A DNA stretch of 64,000 nt from an uncultured delta proteobacterium. Lineage in GTDB: Bacteria; Desulfobacterota; Binatia; UBA9968. How positions within the stretch are numbered: position 1 is the stretch's first letter; each line of letters opens with the position of its first letter. The position numbers and the translations under genes are program-made. The stretch spans positions 56,290 through 120,289 of the forward strand of contig CAWJBB010000069.1 in NCBI GenBank assembly GCA_963840855.1, read 5' to 3'. This document shows positions 41,085 through 51,841 of this stretch, piece after piece. Under the pieces are notes generated by a model that was given only the letters and a program-made list of their open reading frames with translations, was not told where the DNA came from and did no database searches.

Positions 41085-42164
41085 TTATTTCCGCCGGATA
41101 AATAGCCGCTGCATGAGGCCATCCCACTCGGCGTATTTTTTCTCCGCCTCCTCGACCGAGTACTTTTCGTCGATGTAGGACTTTTTGAATCTCTGTGCCA
41201 GCGAACCAATATCATTGCGCGGCGACCAGAGCCCGCCCTTCATGATTAGCTGCTGTCCTTCTTTGGAGTGAAGATAGTCGAGGAATAGAAGGGCAGCATG
41301 GGGATGGGGTGCCTTCATGGTCATACCGGAATAGGCGACCGTGGTCACGACGGGCTCTAACGGCCGCCATTCCACCGGCGCGCCTTTCTGTTTTGCCTGC
41401 GTGATGTTGGCGTCAAAAATCGTCGGCGATAACGGCACCTCGCCGGATACAACCAGACCCGCCAAAGCCGCGCCCGACATGTTTTGAACCTGCACATCTT
41501 GATCCGCCATCTTCTCCAGGAACTCACGTCCCACGGATTCCAGAGTGCTGCCGATCCACCGAGTCCCCGTGGTGGTACTGACAATCGACATTTTTCCTTT
41601 CCATTTCGGGTTCAATAGATCATTCATCGTTTTTGGCGCCTCGCCGGGAGGAATCAGCGCGGTGTTGAACCCCAAGCTGTTGTAGGTCTCGTAGTGCCCG
41701 ATAAAGTAAAACCCGTTTTTCCCTTTCATTTTGACTTCATCCGGGTATTGACTCGCATCCGGAATATAGTGTTCTAGAAATACGCCCTCCCGTTTCATGA
41801 TATCCATCTGTTCGCCGGTGGTCGCGATGACGTCCGCGATATATTGGCCCGCCTTGATCTCTTCGAGCGCCCGCTTGATGAGGTTCCTGCCATCGGTGCG
41901 GAACTCGGAAACTTTGATGAACGGAAATTTTTTCTCGAACTCCTTAGCGACGGTCCGATACCAGGTATGCGAGCCGTAGAGCGTAAAAGCGCCCTCTTTC
42001 TTGGCGCCTTCGATAAGAACCTTTTCTCGGTCGGCGCCTTGATACAGCGCCAGTTGGGAAATCGACATGGGCGGGCTGGCGGCAAACGCATTTGTCGCCG
42101 TGAACGTTGAAATCGCGAAGGTAAGTGAAATACCTGCCGTTCGAATAACTCGAAGCAGCGACAT
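41085..42164 (-). CDS. ABC substrate-binding protein (Fe3+/thiamine-type)
   Basis: LIEGAKKEG, DLLNPKWKGK, APHPHAALLFLD…SKEGQ. Confidence 0.88.
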   Translation of the reverse strand: MSLLRVIRTAGISLTFAISTFTATNAFAASPPMSISQLALYQGADREKVLIEGAKKEGAFTLYGSHTWYRTVAKEFEKKFPFIKVSEFRTDGRNLIKRALEEIKAGQYIADVIATTGEQMDIMKREGVFLEHYIPDASQYPDEVKMKGKNGFYFIGHYETYNSLGFNTALIPPGEAPKTMNDLLNPKWKGKMSIVSTTTGTRWIGSTLESVGREFLEKMADQDVQVQNMSGAALAGLVVSGEVPLSPTIFDANITQAKQKGAPVEWRPLEPVVTTVAYSGMTMKAPHPHAALLFLDYLHSKEGQQLIMKGGLWSPRNDIGSLAQRFKKSYIDEKYSVEEAEKKYAEWDGLMQRLFIRRK

Positions 42165-42383
42165 GGTTGCCTCCTTTGTCGGATCTTTGAGCAGTGGATG
42201 CTATGAATTACAGCGGTTCCTGTCAATCCAAAAATAAACCGAGACTCTTGGTTTTCCCCGGACTCCGAATAAGTTGACACTCCTGGTTCTCTGTCATAGG
42301 GTACGGCACCGGCAGGCAACGATCGCCGGTCGTTGCGGGTTTGCAAACCGTCCTTAATTCGCCTGTCGGAATGAGGTGGCGCT

Positions 42384-42752
42384 ATGGAAATAGAGACTCT
42401 CGCAAATGTCGCGCTGGTCAAAGTCGAGGGGCGCATCGACCATATATCGACGCCGGTGTTTGAAAGCGAATTGTTGCCACAAGTCGAAGGGTGCACCGGC
42501 GAAGAGAAGAAGTTGCTGCTCGATTGCAGCGGTTTAGCTTACATGAGCAGCGCCGGGCTGCGCGTGCTCATGATCGCGGCCAAACGGTGCCGCCAGCAAA
42601 ACGGCAAAATGGTGTTGGCGGCGCTGCAGCCGACGATACAGGAGATTTTCCGCATTAGCCGTTTTGATACCGTGTTTGAAGTATTTCCCTCGGTGCGGGC
42701 GGCTTTGGAAGCAATTTCTCCCGCCGCCGCCGCTGCCTATGAACGCCGCTAA
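42384..42752 (+). CDS. STAS-domain anti-sigma factor antagonist (RsbV-like)
   Basis: GRID, LLDCSGLAYMSSAGLRVL with the phospho-acceptor Ser. Confidence 0.93.
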   Translation: MEIETLANVALVKVEGRIDHISTPVFESELLPQVEGCTGEEKKLLLDCSGLAYMSSAGLRVLMIAAKRCRQQNGKMVLAALQPTIQEIFRISRFDTVFEVFPSVRAALEAISPAAAAAYERR

Positions 42753-43185
42753 CAAAGCGATGCCAGCCGCCGAGAGCGCGAGCCTGATCGTTCCCGCCAG
42801 AATCGACGCGCTGTCGCAGTGCACTGAGTTTGTCACCGCGCGTGCCGTCGAAGCCGGCTTTACGCCCTCGCGATTGTGTGAAATCGAGCTGGTGGTGGAA
42901 GAGGTTGTCACCAATATCTGCCGCCATGGCTATGACGATCAACCGGGACAGATGGAGCTTCGTTGCCGGCCCGTCGATACGCAACGGTTACTGCTGGAAT
43001 TCATCGACGGCGGCCGCCCCTTCGATATTCTCGCTGCGCCGGCGCCGGATCTCACAGTAGACCTCGACCAGCGTGAACCGGGCGGCCTCGGCGTGCCGCT
43101 GATCCGCGCCATGGTTGACGAGGCGAGCTACAAGCGGGAGGGAAACCGGAACATATTGCGTTTGATTGTGCGGGCGGAGCGTTAG
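42739..43185 (+). CDS. Anti-sigma factor / Ser kinase (RsbW-like, HATPase_c_2)
   Basis: EEVVTNICRHG, D.G.PFD, GGLG..LI…VDE..Y…GN. Confidence 0.92.
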   Translation: MNAANKAMPAAESASLIVPARIDALSQCTEFVTARAVEAGFTPSRLCEIELVVEEVVTNICRHGYDDQPGQMELRCRPVDTQRLLLEFIDGGRPFDILAAPAPDLTVDLDQREPGGLGVPLIRAMVDEASYKREGNRNILRLIVRAER

Positions 43186-43232
43186 ATGGCAAGCGATCCA
43201 GCGGCGATGTTAGCGTCGACTGGGGAGGAACG

Positions 43233-44196
43233 ATGCGTGTGTATTTTTGGGGTACGCGAGGTTCACTGCCGGTTGGGCCGGACGGCGCGGTAATACGTCA
43301 AAAAATCAAACAGGCCTTGCTCAAAGCCAATGGCCGGCGGTTTGACAACGAAACCGACGTGGAGCGTTTTATTGACGCTGAACTCGACTTCTCCATCCGT
43401 CATAGCTATGGCGGCAACTCTTCCTGCGTGGAGATCATCGGCGGCGAGCGATTACACGCTGTGCGACATGGGTTCCGGCCTGCGTTGTTTTGGCCAGCAA
43501 GTCATGCAGAAAGCTGGCCCGGGCCAACCGCAGGTTTACAACTTCTTCATGTCGCACGTGCATTGGGACCACATCATGGGTTTCCCTTTTTTCACCCCCG
43601 CCTATATTCCCGGCAATACGATTGTGATTCATGGCGGCCATTCGCTCGCCGTCCTCGAAGAAGCGTTTCGCCGCCAGCAGTCCGACCCCTGTTTTCCGGT
43701 CGATTGGGATCAGTTGCGGGCGAATATCAGTTTCGTCCACCTGGAAACCGGGCGTTGGTACGAGATCGACGGCCTGAGCGTTAAAGCGAAGCTCCAACCT
43801 CATCCGGGTGATTCCTACGGATACCGTTTTGAAAAGGACGGTAAAGCGTTCGTGTATTCAACCGACGCCGAGCACAAGCAGCAATCGGAAACAGAGACTC
43901 AAGCGATGATCGATTTCTATCGCAACGCGGATCTGGTGGTTTTCGACGCCATGTATTCGCTCAATGAGATGATTACTGCGAAGCAAGATTGGGGACATTC
44001 GAGCAACGTGGTGGGCGTCGATCTTTGCGTACGCGCCAAAGCCAAGCACTACTGCATGTTTCATCACGAGCCGGCCTACGGCGACGAAACGATTCACGCC
44101 GTGCTCGGAGAAACGCGGCGCTACGCCGAAATCGTGGGCGAGGATCACCTGCTCCAGGTTTCCACGGCTTACGACGGTTTAGCCATCGAAGTGTAA
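43233..44196 (+). CDS. MBL-fold metallo-hydrolase (RNase Z/phosphodiesterase-like), frameshift near 43445
   Basis: WGTRGSLP, YGGNSSCVE, then DMGSG, SHVHWDH, HPG..YGYR, STDAE, WGHS, FHHEP. Confidence 0.88.
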
Positions 44197-44200
44197 GGTC

Positions 44201-46368
44201 GTGGCGGCGCTCCAAGACGGTCTCGAAAACAGCGCCGCGCGCGGCTGGTCGTCGAAACTATGGATCGTGCGCTTGAGCGCGGGGCATGGCCGAGCCGCGG
44301 CGGCTGGCCTGTTGCTGATTCTCGCGCTCTGTCACCATGGGATCGGCGAACAAGCGTGGACCCCGGTGCGGAATCTCCTTTTCGATGCTTACCAGCGGCT
44401 CATGCCGCGGCAAATGTCCCACGATAAGGTGGTGATCGTCGATATCGATGATCGAAGCTCGGCCCTCTTTGGGCGCTGGCCATGGCCGCGCACCCGACTG
44501 GCCCGGCTCATGGAGGAAACCCATCGTCTGGGCGCTCTCGCCGTGGGGCTCGACCTAATCATGCCGGAAGCCGATGACCTATCGCCGGCTAAGGTTGCCG
44601 GCGATAGACCGGACGTCAGCGCAGCGTTGCGCGGCGCGCTCGCTTCCCTGCCGTCCAATGACGCTGTTTTGGCTGACACGTTGCGCCGGTTGCCCGCGGT
44701 GATTTCGCGGGCGGCGTTGACCGAGGAGTTGGCGCAAGATGTTGCCAGCCGCAAGCAAACTCCCGTGGTGATCGCCGGGGAATCGCCGCTAGCGTATCTG
44801 CCATCCTTTAAAGGCCATCTGAGCAATATTCCCGAGCTGGAAGCCGCGGCCGCCGGACTTGGCTATCTTAATGACACGCGCGATGGCGATGGCGTCGTGC
44901 GCGCCATGCCGCTCGTGATCGCAGTGCGCGGCGAGCTAGCGCCGGCATTTGCCCTGGAGCTCCTGCGCGTGGCCACGCACGAAACCTACTACACCGTTCA
45001 AAGCAGCGCCGAAGGGGTGCTTGGCATACAGGTCGGCGAGTCATTTATTCCGACGGATGCCGATGGCGGGATTCGACTCCGCTATTCTCCCGCTTATGCG
45101 GCGCGGCGGGTGTCGGCCGCGGCGATTCTGCGCGGCGAGCTGGCGCATGGCGCGCTGGCCAATCAAGTGGCGATCATCGGCGTAACGGCAGTGGGGATCA
45201 GTGATGTCGCGGCCACGCCGGTGGCGGCGCGTATGGATGGCGTCGATATCCAGGCTCAGGTGATTGAGAATATCCTTGATGGAACGCGGTTACAGCGGCC
45301 GGACGTGGCGCGGCGGTTGGAGTTACTGGGCTTCGTGGTACTGGCGCTGCTGCTGATTTTGTTTCTGCCGCGGCTTGCGCCGATTTACGGTGTGGTGATC
45401 TATTTCGCGGGGGCCGTGGTACTGGGGCTGATCAGTTGGTTGTCTTTTCATCACTTCAATGTTCTTTACGATCCTACTTTGCCGGCGGCGGGCAACGGTC
45501 TCATCGTCGCACTCTTGCTAACGGCCGGCTTCTCGGCGTCGGACCGGCGCCGGCGTGAGCTCGACGCGGCATTGGAAGCGGCGCGGGTCGAGCGTTTCCG
45601 CATCGCCGGAGAATTGCGCGCTGCCCGAGAAATTCAAATGGGCATGTTGCCCGATCCCAAGGCAATCGAAGGGCTGCCGGGCAATGTGGAATTTTTCGCC
45701 ATGCTCGAGCCCGCGCAAGAAGTGGGCGGCGATCTCTACGACGGCTTTATGCTCGATGACCATCGCTTTTGCTTTCTAATCGGCGATGTTTCCGGAAAAG
45801 GCGTGCCCGCTTCGCTCTTCATGGCCTTAACCAAGACGCTCTGCAAAAGCCTGGCGCGGCGTGAACAAGTCCCTCTGGGGCAATTGCTGCGCTCGGTCAA
45901 CGAAGACATTTCGCGGGACAATCCCGCGTTCATGTTTGTCACCGCTGTGATCGGCGTTATCGACGTCCGCAGCGGCGAAGTGGATCTGTGCAATGCGGGT
46001 CACGACGCGCCGGTCCTTTTACGCGTCAATCAGCCGCCGCAATTCCTGGAAGAAGCCCGCGGACCCCCCTGGGCGTCATCGATGACTTTCCGTACGAGCC
46101 TGGACAGATTAAGCTTGAGTCCAACGATATTTTGCTATTGATGACCGACGGGATTACCGAGGCCACGGATCAGCAATACAACATGTATGGCTCGGCGCGG
46201 CTGTTGCAATGTTTTTCCGGGAATGGGCGGGGTCATAGCGCCACGGTTGTCTGTGAAAAACTCTACGCGGACGTCAAGCGTTTTACCCAGGGCGCGCCGG
46301 TGTCGGACGATATTACGATTATGGCCCTTCGCTTCATGGCACCGCCGGGCAAAACTAGCGCACGATAA
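44201..46368 (+). CDS. CHASE2-domain sensor with SpoIIE/PP2C phosphatase (RsbU-like), frameshift near 46068
   Basis: VVIVDIDD.S…GRWPWPR, DGDGVVR, three TM helices, EVGGDLYD, GDVSGKG, NAGH. After the shift: TDGITEA, DDIT. Confidence 0.9.
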
Positions 46369-46960
46369 CTTCGACGCGCCGATTGCGGGGTTCCGGTTGT
46401 TCGTCCGGGGTGGGTACCAATGGTTCTCGTTCGCCGCGCCCCACGGCACGAATGAAGCTCGCTTTGATGCCCCTTTGAATCAGCATGGCGCGCACGGCTT
46501 CGGCGCGCTCCAATGACAAGCGGTCGTTGTCGGTGTCCGCGCCGACGCGGTCGGTATGGCCAGTGACCTGCACTTCGGCCGCGGCCCGTTTAGCCACTTC
46601 GGCAAGGAGCTCGGCCAACGCGGGCTGCGAAGCCGCGCTTACTTCCGTGCTTTTGGTGTCGAAATAGAGCGTAAAGCTGATGCTCTTGGGTGGTTGCGCG
46701 GCGAGGGCGTCGGCGAAGGTGCGATTGATTTCTTCCGTTGTGACGGTTGACTTTTCGACGTTTCCGCGCGCATCGACGGCCGCCGCGCTCAGCGGGACTT
46801 CTAGAATCGTTTGACGGTCGCCCTCACCGACGGTCACGGCGCTGGGTACACCGGTCTCTTCAGGTAGAAGGACGACGAAGGTTTTGACACTGGCGCAGCT
46901 GGCAAGAAGCAGCGCGGACGCCGCGACGATAATGCAAGAATACAGCCCCCTTTGTGACAT
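46355..46960 (-). CDS. OmpA-family peptidoglycan-binding lipoprotein
   Basis: Lipobox LASC, GHTD.VG…N..LS..RA, GRGE, NRRVEV. Confidence 0.92.
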   Translation of the reverse strand: MSQRGLYSCIIVAASALLLASCASVKTFVVLLPEETGVPSAVTVGEGDRQTILEVPLSAAAVDARGNVEKSTVTTEEINRTFADALAAQPPKSISFTLYFDTKSTEVSAASQPALAELLAEVAKRAAAEVQVTGHTDRVGADTDNDRLSLERAEAVRAMLIQRGIKASFIRAVGRGEREPLVPTPDEQPEPRNRRVEVIVR

Positions 46961-46981
46961 TACGCACATGTGAATGACCGA

Positions 46982-47431
46982 TTACTCCTCTACCTTTACA
47001 GCGAAGGTTGTGCCGCGGACGCCGAGGATCGTCGTCGGAGTTTTGACTTTCATGGCATCGGGGGATCGTTTGGCGATTTGCCCGGACACAATGGCGAGGG
47101 TGCCGCGTTGCATATCGGCGAGAAATTCACCGTTGTTGGTGGTTGGATCGAAGCGAAACTGTTTGAGCTCGATCCGGCTATTCGGCCCGGCCGATAACCG
47201 GGAATTATCGATGAACGTGACGCCGACGGAGCTATTGGCACCCGTTGTCAGCACATCCGCTTGTTCGAGCAGATCGCCAGCCTTGGCAGGTTGTTGCACA
47301 TTGTTACGCCACACTGATACTTGCCCCGAGACGTTCTTGATCTGGCCGATTTCCGCCCATGCGGCGCGTTCGAATCCGCAAACTAATAAGCCGAATAAAA
47401 TTACCGGCAATGCGCGATGGATAAATCTCAT
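46982..47431 (-). CDS. Secreted stand-alone FecR-domain protein
   Basis: Signal peptide, TG..S.V…F.D.S.L…NS.I, TPT…GVRGT.F.V.V. Confidence 0.9.
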   Translation of the reverse strand: MRFIHRALPVILFGLLVCGFERAAWAEIGQIKNVSGQVSVWRNNVQQPAKAGDLLEQADVLTTGANSSVGVTFIDNSRLSAGPNSRIELKQFRFDPTTNNGEFLADMQRGTLAIVSGQIAKRSPDAMKVKTPTTILGVRGTTFAVKVEE

Positions 47432-47627
47432 TTCGTTTTCCTCCAAACTGCAAAATTTGTCGCTCAGCGCGAGAAGCCAACCCCATCTTCTATCAAGAAC
47501 GGGCAACGCGCTTCAACAGTATATTTTCGCTCAATCGGTTCGACTAAAGGCAGGTGCAAGTAGTATACCATAATTACGCCGCTGTTGGCTGTCGCACAAA
47601 GTGACCAATGCGGTAAAAGGAGGAAAG

Positions 47628-48467
47628 ATGATGACACAACAGATCGACGATCCCATGATACCCGTTCCAATTCCGCAACAGGTGCCGGCCAAGGAAGGAA
47701 TGGCTGAACTCCCGGGCACCCGCCTTGGGTATTGGGACACCGGCGGCGACGGAACTCCAGTCGTGTTCCTGCATCCGGCGTCGGGCAGCGCGCTGGTTTG
47801 GCTATACCAGCAACCGGTGTTCGCCAAGGCCGGCTATCGCGTGATCGCTTATTCGCGCCGCAACCATTACAACTCCGACCTGGCCCCCGAGGACAACCCA
47901 GGGATCGGCTCGGAAGACCTGCACAACCTGATCGAATTGCTGGGCGTGGCGAGGTTCCATGCGGTGAGCTCGGCCGCCGGCGGCAGCGTCGCCACGGATT
48001 ATGCGTTCTCGCACCCGGAGCGGCTGCTGAGCCTGACCGTATCCAGCAACAATCTCGCCGCGCGCAACGGCTACATTGCCGAGACAGCCGCCATGATCAG
48101 GCCCAAGGAGACGGAAAGCCTGCCGCGGTGGTATTGGGAACTCGGCCCTTCGTACCGCGCCGCCAACCCCGAGGGCGTCGAGCGATGGAAGGAGCTCAAC
48201 CACAAGTCCGAGACCGGCAAGGGAGCCCGGCAAAAGGTAGCCAACGTAGTTACGCCGGCAAAGCTGGAGACCTTGAAAGTTCCGGCTCTGTTGATTGCCG
48301 GCGCGGCCGACCTGGCAACCCCCCCGTCCATCATGCGGATGATCGCGCGCCATGTCCCCGACAACGAGGTCGTGGTCGCAGCCGAGTGCGGGCATTCGTC
48401 CTACTGGGAGCGCCCCGAATTCTTCAACCGCACGGTGCTCGAATTCATCGGCCGCCATGCAAAATAA
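47628..48467 (+). CDS. Alpha/beta hydrolase fold protein with an atypical nucleophile elbow
   Basis: VVFLH, YSRR, HAVSSAAGG, G..D, GHS.YWE.PE.FN. Confidence 0.82.
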   Translation: MMTQQIDDPMIPVPIPQQVPAKEGMAELPGTRLGYWDTGGDGTPVVFLHPASGSALVWLYQQPVFAKAGYRVIAYSRRNHYNSDLAPEDNPGIGSEDLHNLIELLGVARFHAVSSAAGGSVATDYAFSHPERLLSLTVSSNNLAARNGYIAETAAMIRPKETESLPRWYWELGPSYRAANPEGVERWKELNHKSETGKGARQKVANVVTPAKLETLKVPALLIAGAADLATPPSIMRMIARHVPDNEVVVAAECGHSSYWERPEFFNRTVLEFIGRHAK

Positions 48468-48484
48468 TTGAAAGGAGACCGCCA

Positions 48485-49612
48485 TTGAAAATCGCTGCAA
48501 TAGAAACACTTGAGCTCGCCAACATTCCGGTCTCGCCGCCGTTGTTCAAATCGCCGATGTTCCAATCGGTTACTCTGCTGAAGGTCAAAACAGACGATGG
48601 AATTATCGGGATCTCTCAGATCAGCGGCACGATGCTGCGGACCACCGTTTCGTTTATCCAGCAGGATCTCGCTCCATTTCTCAAGGAGAAAGACCCGCTA
48701 GATACCGAGCGTCTGATGCAGGAGATGTTGTGGAACTTCAACACCCGGGCCCATGCGGGGGTATGGAGCTCCGCCGTCAGCGCCATCGACGTCGCCCTCT
48801 GGGACATCAAGGGAAAGTACTTCAATATCCCTGTTTGGCGTCTGCTGGGGGGCGCGCAAAAATCCGTGCCGGCCTACTTCACGTATGGCTTCAGGAATTA
48901 CTCGCAGGAAGAATTGGTTGAAGCGGCCAAGCACTTCGTGGCGCTGGGGCACAAGAGGCTCAAGATCGTCGTGGGCCGGTTAAACATTCGCGGCCAGGTG
49001 GACAGTTCCGGCGCCAGTATCGAGCATCGGGAAGATAATCCGGCCGAAGATGAAGCCCGCGTCAAGGCGGTCAGGGAGGCCGTTGGCGACGACGTTGAGT
49101 TGATGGTCGACGCCAATTGCCTGATGAAGTTCGACGCGGCGCTGCGTTGGTGCAAGCGTCTAGAGCCCTATAACCTGATGTGGTTCGAGGAGCCTATCTT
49201 GTACAACGATACTCGCTTGCTGGCCGAGTTGCGCAAACGCACGAGCATTCCCATCGGCGCCGGACAACGAGAGAATTTCTCCAAACTATGTGAATTAGCC
49301 ACGGAGCGGTCGGTCGACTTTTTGCAACCCCATGTCGGCGCGGTTGGCGGCTTCACGATGGGCATGAAGGTGGCGGCTGTGGCTCAGGCCTTCAATCTTC
49401 CGATTGGCAACGGCGACTACTACGACCTTCATTTGCATGGGGCTGTCCCCAATGGATGGAGAACCGAGTTTCGTGTGCCTAACTGGTTGGCCGCTAACGT
49501 TATCTACAAAGATCCACCCAATCCAGTGAACGGTTGGGTGACTTTAACCGACAGGCCGGGACTGGGACTCGAGCTCAACGAAGACGCGGCGAAGGAGTAT
49601 AAGGTTCAGTAG
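48485..49612 (+). CDS. Mandelate racemase/muconate lactonizing enzyme family protein
   Basis: AAAGGAG RBS with TTG start; SAIDVALWDIKGK, MVDAN, WFEEP, PGLG. Confidence 0.92.
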   Translation: MKIAAIETLELANIPVSPPLFKSPMFQSVTLLKVKTDDGIIGISQISGTMLRTTVSFIQQDLAPFLKEKDPLDTERLMQEMLWNFNTRAHAGVWSSAVSAIDVALWDIKGKYFNIPVWRLLGGAQKSVPAYFTYGFRNYSQEELVEAAKHFVALGHKRLKIVVGRLNIRGQVDSSGASIEHREDNPAEDEARVKAVREAVGDDVELMVDANCLMKFDAALRWCKRLEPYNLMWFEEPILYNDTRLLAELRKRTSIPIGAGQRENFSKLCELATERSVDFLQPHVGAVGGFTMGMKVAAVAQAFNLPIGNGDYYDLHLHGAVPNGWRTEFRVPNWLAANVIYKDPPNPVNGWVTLTDRPGLGLELNEDAAKEYKVQ

Positions 49613-49638
49613 CTGAAAGGAATGTTTTAGGACACCTC

Positions 49639-49980
49639 ATGCCATTGTTCGAGTTCCGGTGCAGAAAATGTGAAGCAGTAACCGAGGTCCTTATCCTGCG
49701 CGTCGGGTCTGATAACCACGCCGTAATTTGCGCTCAGTGCGGCAGTGGCGCTACCGCCAAGCTCATTTCCCGGGTGAGCTTCAAGGTCGCGAAGCGGGCC
49801 AAGTACAGCGAAGATTTTCTCGACAAGGCCCAGCCTTTCTTGAAAACCCAAAAACAGACAGCTCGATTCTTCGGCGAGGCCAAGGGCTCGGATGATTCGA
49901 AGACGTTTCAGCTCGCCGAGCAGATAGGGGAAAGCATCGATCGGACTCTGGCGCGCGTCCGGTCTAAACAACAGGCGTGA
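49639..49980 (+). CDS. FmdB-family zinc-ribbon protein
   Basis: MPLFEFRC.KC…C..CGS…KLIS. Confidence 0.85.
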   Translation: MPLFEFRCRKCEAVTEVLILRVGSDNHAVICAQCGSGATAKLISRVSFKVAKRAKYSEDFLDKAQPFLKTQKQTARFFGEAKGSDDSKTFQLAEQIGESIDRTLARVRSKQQA

Positions 49981-50212
49981 GGCGGAAGGCATGAGGCGCG
50001 GGAAAGAAGGATCAGACTGACGCCTGTTGCCTCTGCCTCGCGTTAACGCCAGATTCTAAACTCAACATTCGGATTCTCCCATCTCTTTCCTCCCCCGCGC
50101 GCGGGGGAGGATGAAGGAGGGGGCTTTGAACGGCTTGGAACGATTGGAACGTTTGGATCGGGAGCGCTGCCATGATGTCGCAGCGCGACATTTTTATCTG
50201 GAGGAAATAGCA

Positions 50213-51351
50213 ATGTGGAACGGTTTCAAGGTTATCGATGCGGATGCTCACCATCATGAGCCCCAGGATCTATGGGCCCGCTACTTAGAGCCGGAATATC
50301 AAGGACCGGGTGCCCAGGGTCATTGGCATGCGGCGCAATTTCTTTGTCTATGCGCAAGACGCGAAAGCATTCGCCTCGATCGAATCGGGAGCAGTATATT
50401 CCCGCCCATCACGACAAGTGGATGGCGGAGAAGTATGGCGAGGCTTATGACAAATGGTGGTCTCCCGACATTCGTCTCAAGGACATGGATCGCTATGGGT
50501 GGGACATACAGGTCATTCTTTCGACCAACGGGAACCGCATCATGGAAGTCGGTCTCGAAGATCCGGAGATCGCGTTCGCCATGGCGCGAGCGTACCACAA
50601 CTGGTGTTACGACTATGCGAGCACCGACTCGAAGCGCCTGAAATTCACCGCCACTTTGCCTGCGGGCGACGCTCAAGCAATGGCTGCGGAAGCGCGTCGC
50701 GCGGTGGAGAAGCTCGGCGCCGTCTCGATGCGTAATCCGCTGTTGCCCAACGGCAAATGGCTGCACGAACCCGAATACGACGCCTTGTGGCAGCTTGCCA
50801 GCGATCTTGATTTCCCGATCTCCGTCCACGGCGAGTCTCGCCACTTGAGGGCCGCGCCGTTTCGGGCGCTTCGCAAGGAGACGATTTTCAGCGCACTCGA
50901 TCATGTCATCGGCTTTCCGATGGATAACATGGCGACCATGGCGCACTTTATTTTCGGCGGCGTCCTGGAGCGCTTCCCCAGACTCCGGCTCGGCATACTC
51001 GAATCCAACGCAGGCTGGGTGAATTTCTGGCTGCCGCGCATGGACGATCACTCCCATGGGCGCCGGCTCATCCTGGGCGCTGGTTTGCCTATGAAACCGA
51101 GCGATTACGTCAAGCGCCAATGCGTGATCTCGGCGGATCCGGACGAGCCTGGCCTGGACACTATCGTCAATTTCTTGGGTGACGAGAACCTTGTCTGGAA
51201 CACAGATTATCCCCATCCGGATGCGCCTGACCCGGCCCAGGTTTTGCCCTGGTTCGCGGATCAGCCAATTTCGGACGAGAGCAAACGAAAAATTTTATGG
51301 GATAATGCCGTCCGGCTTTACGGCCCCCGCATCCTGGAACGCGCGCCGTAG
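50213..51351 (+). CDS. Amidohydrolase_2 family protein, frameshifted in the N-terminal part
   Basis: VIDADAH, VHG, GGVLERFPRLR…LE, TDYPHPD, ILWDNA.RLY. Confidence 0.85.
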
Positions 51352-51501
51352 AATATTTCTCGTGTTCGTGCTCGTGGTTCGTGTTCGTCCGAGCACGGGC
51401 ACGTCGCACGAGCATGATCGCCCTCATGGAATGTTGGAGTATCGGAGTGTTGGGCCAAAAACCCATCACTCCATTACTCCACCACTCCAATCATCTCCTC
51501 C

Positions 51502-51792
51502 CTACAGGCAAGCTTTGCAGATTTCTTCGACATGCCGATGATCCCAATCCATGCTGGCGCGCCAGGTTGCGCTCTCGAGAATGCAGCCGACTCCATAGCG
51601 CCTGGCCATCTCGGCGTAGGTTTGGAAATACTTCCGCAGCGCCGCGGTGCCTTCGGTGTGCTTCAACAAGTCGAACGCGGCAAAATAGGGCAACTCAAGC
51701 CCTTCGCGAAAAATCAGCGTCGTCTCGATGCCGCCGTCGGTGAGAAAAAATTCGCCGCCGAGTTGCGGCAGGTTATTTCTGTAGCGCGCCAT
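51502..51792 (-). pseudogene. Homocysteine S-methyltransferase family gene with a large internal deletion
   Basis: The N-terminus LTDGGIETTL…TWRAS..W is fused directly to the C-terminal DHRHVEEI; GGCC is missing. Confidence 0.8.
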
Positions 51793-51841
51793 GGCTTAGC
51801 TCCACTGGTTGTTGTTACTTGCCACCATAGTTCCAACTCGG

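Noticed and set aside
47732-48484. Long N-terminal extension of the 626-aa ORF, suggesting a fusion or overlapping gene
   Set aside because: It is an Arg/Pro-rich alternative frame of the hydrolase gene; the racemase-family gene has its own RBS and TTG at 48485.
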